Source: Basidiobolus meristosporus CBS 931.73
Lineage: Eukaryota; Fungi; Basidiobolomycota
Direction: 5' to 3'
Assembly (NCBI GenBank): GCA_002104905.1
Contig: MCFE01000488.1
Span: 1-64,000 of the forward strand
Length of the DNA: 64,000 nucleotides
Every line of letters starts with the position of its first letter. Positions within the stretch are counted from its first letter, which is position 1. The notes under the pieces were generated by a model. It saw only the letters and a list, made by a program, of their open reading frames with translations. It searched no databases and was not told the origin of the DNA. Positions 63,635 through 64,000 of this stretch are shown here, in pieces. Position numbers and translations under genes: made by a program.

Positions 63635-64000
63635 CTCCTGGATGAAGAATTAAGAAAATCAAGTGCTAATAAGAAGGAAGAACAAAATGCTTTAATAAGC
63701 ATTGATAACCAACAAAGAAGGTACCCAAGACCCTACAAAGGCAACAGCAACCTATTTTGCAACTACTGCAAAAGGAAAGGACACACATCAGACCGGTGTT
63801 TCAAAAAGAGAGATTATCAGCAAAAGAAGCCTGAATATGGAAATGCTGCAACAACTGAAGATAGACTATTCATATCTGCACTAAATATGACCACAAACAA
63901 GGATTCTCAGATGTGGTATATTGACTCTGGAGCTTCTCAACACTTTACTCACCAAAAAGAACTTTTTACCCAATATCAAGAAATTCCAATTAAGAAGGTT
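63633..64000 (+). mobile_element. Third copia segment (gag/zinc knuckle/protease, equivalent to 58969-59336), running off the window
   Basis: Colinear with 58969-59336 with no indels and a few substitutions. It starts mid-gag without an LTR. Confidence 0.92.

Overview
This is 64 kb of eukaryotic nuclear DNA from an intron-rich fungus. Most introns are short GT-AG introns with CTAAC/CTGAC branch sites. The gene set suggests an early-diverging lineage such as Zoopagomycota or Mucoromycota, which is inference. Bases 1-56,400 hold 17 protein-coding genes: a PH-domain protein, an Hrp1-type 2xRRM protein, a PNRC/Edc-motif protein, a BAR-SH3 protein, an unknown 631-aa protein, a small secreted beta-rich protein, an NADP-dependent (CAD-type) alcohol dehydrogenase, a mitochondrial single-RRM protein, an F-box/LRR protein, a group III G-alpha, an STK32/YANK kinase, an ALA2-like P4-ATPase, a SmgGDS-like ARM protein, a C2H2 transcription factor, a PX-domain protein, a secreted 2H phosphoesterase and a UNC-93-like MFS transporter. 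An 18th gene, the HELLS/DDM1 remodeller, closes this region. Just after HELLS the sequence becomes nearly CpG-free and contains a Ty1/copia nest. A full-length but defective element (58039-62721, 349-bp LTRs, CATAC target-site duplication) sits antisense inside a sibling copy. This creates two long inverted repeats, followed by an inversion-type junction into a third gag copy. The main highlights are: (1) a candidate autoregulatory splicing switch in HRP1 intron 1, with a GC donor, a frameshifting GT donor 4 nt away, and a 10-bp stem that would mask the GT donor; (2) a 5-nt microexon needed to build the receptor-contacting C-terminus of G-alpha; (3) a hairpin-forming copia nest next to HELLS/DDM1; and (4) two secreted orphan-like proteins. 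All gene models were assembled by eye and no database searches were run.
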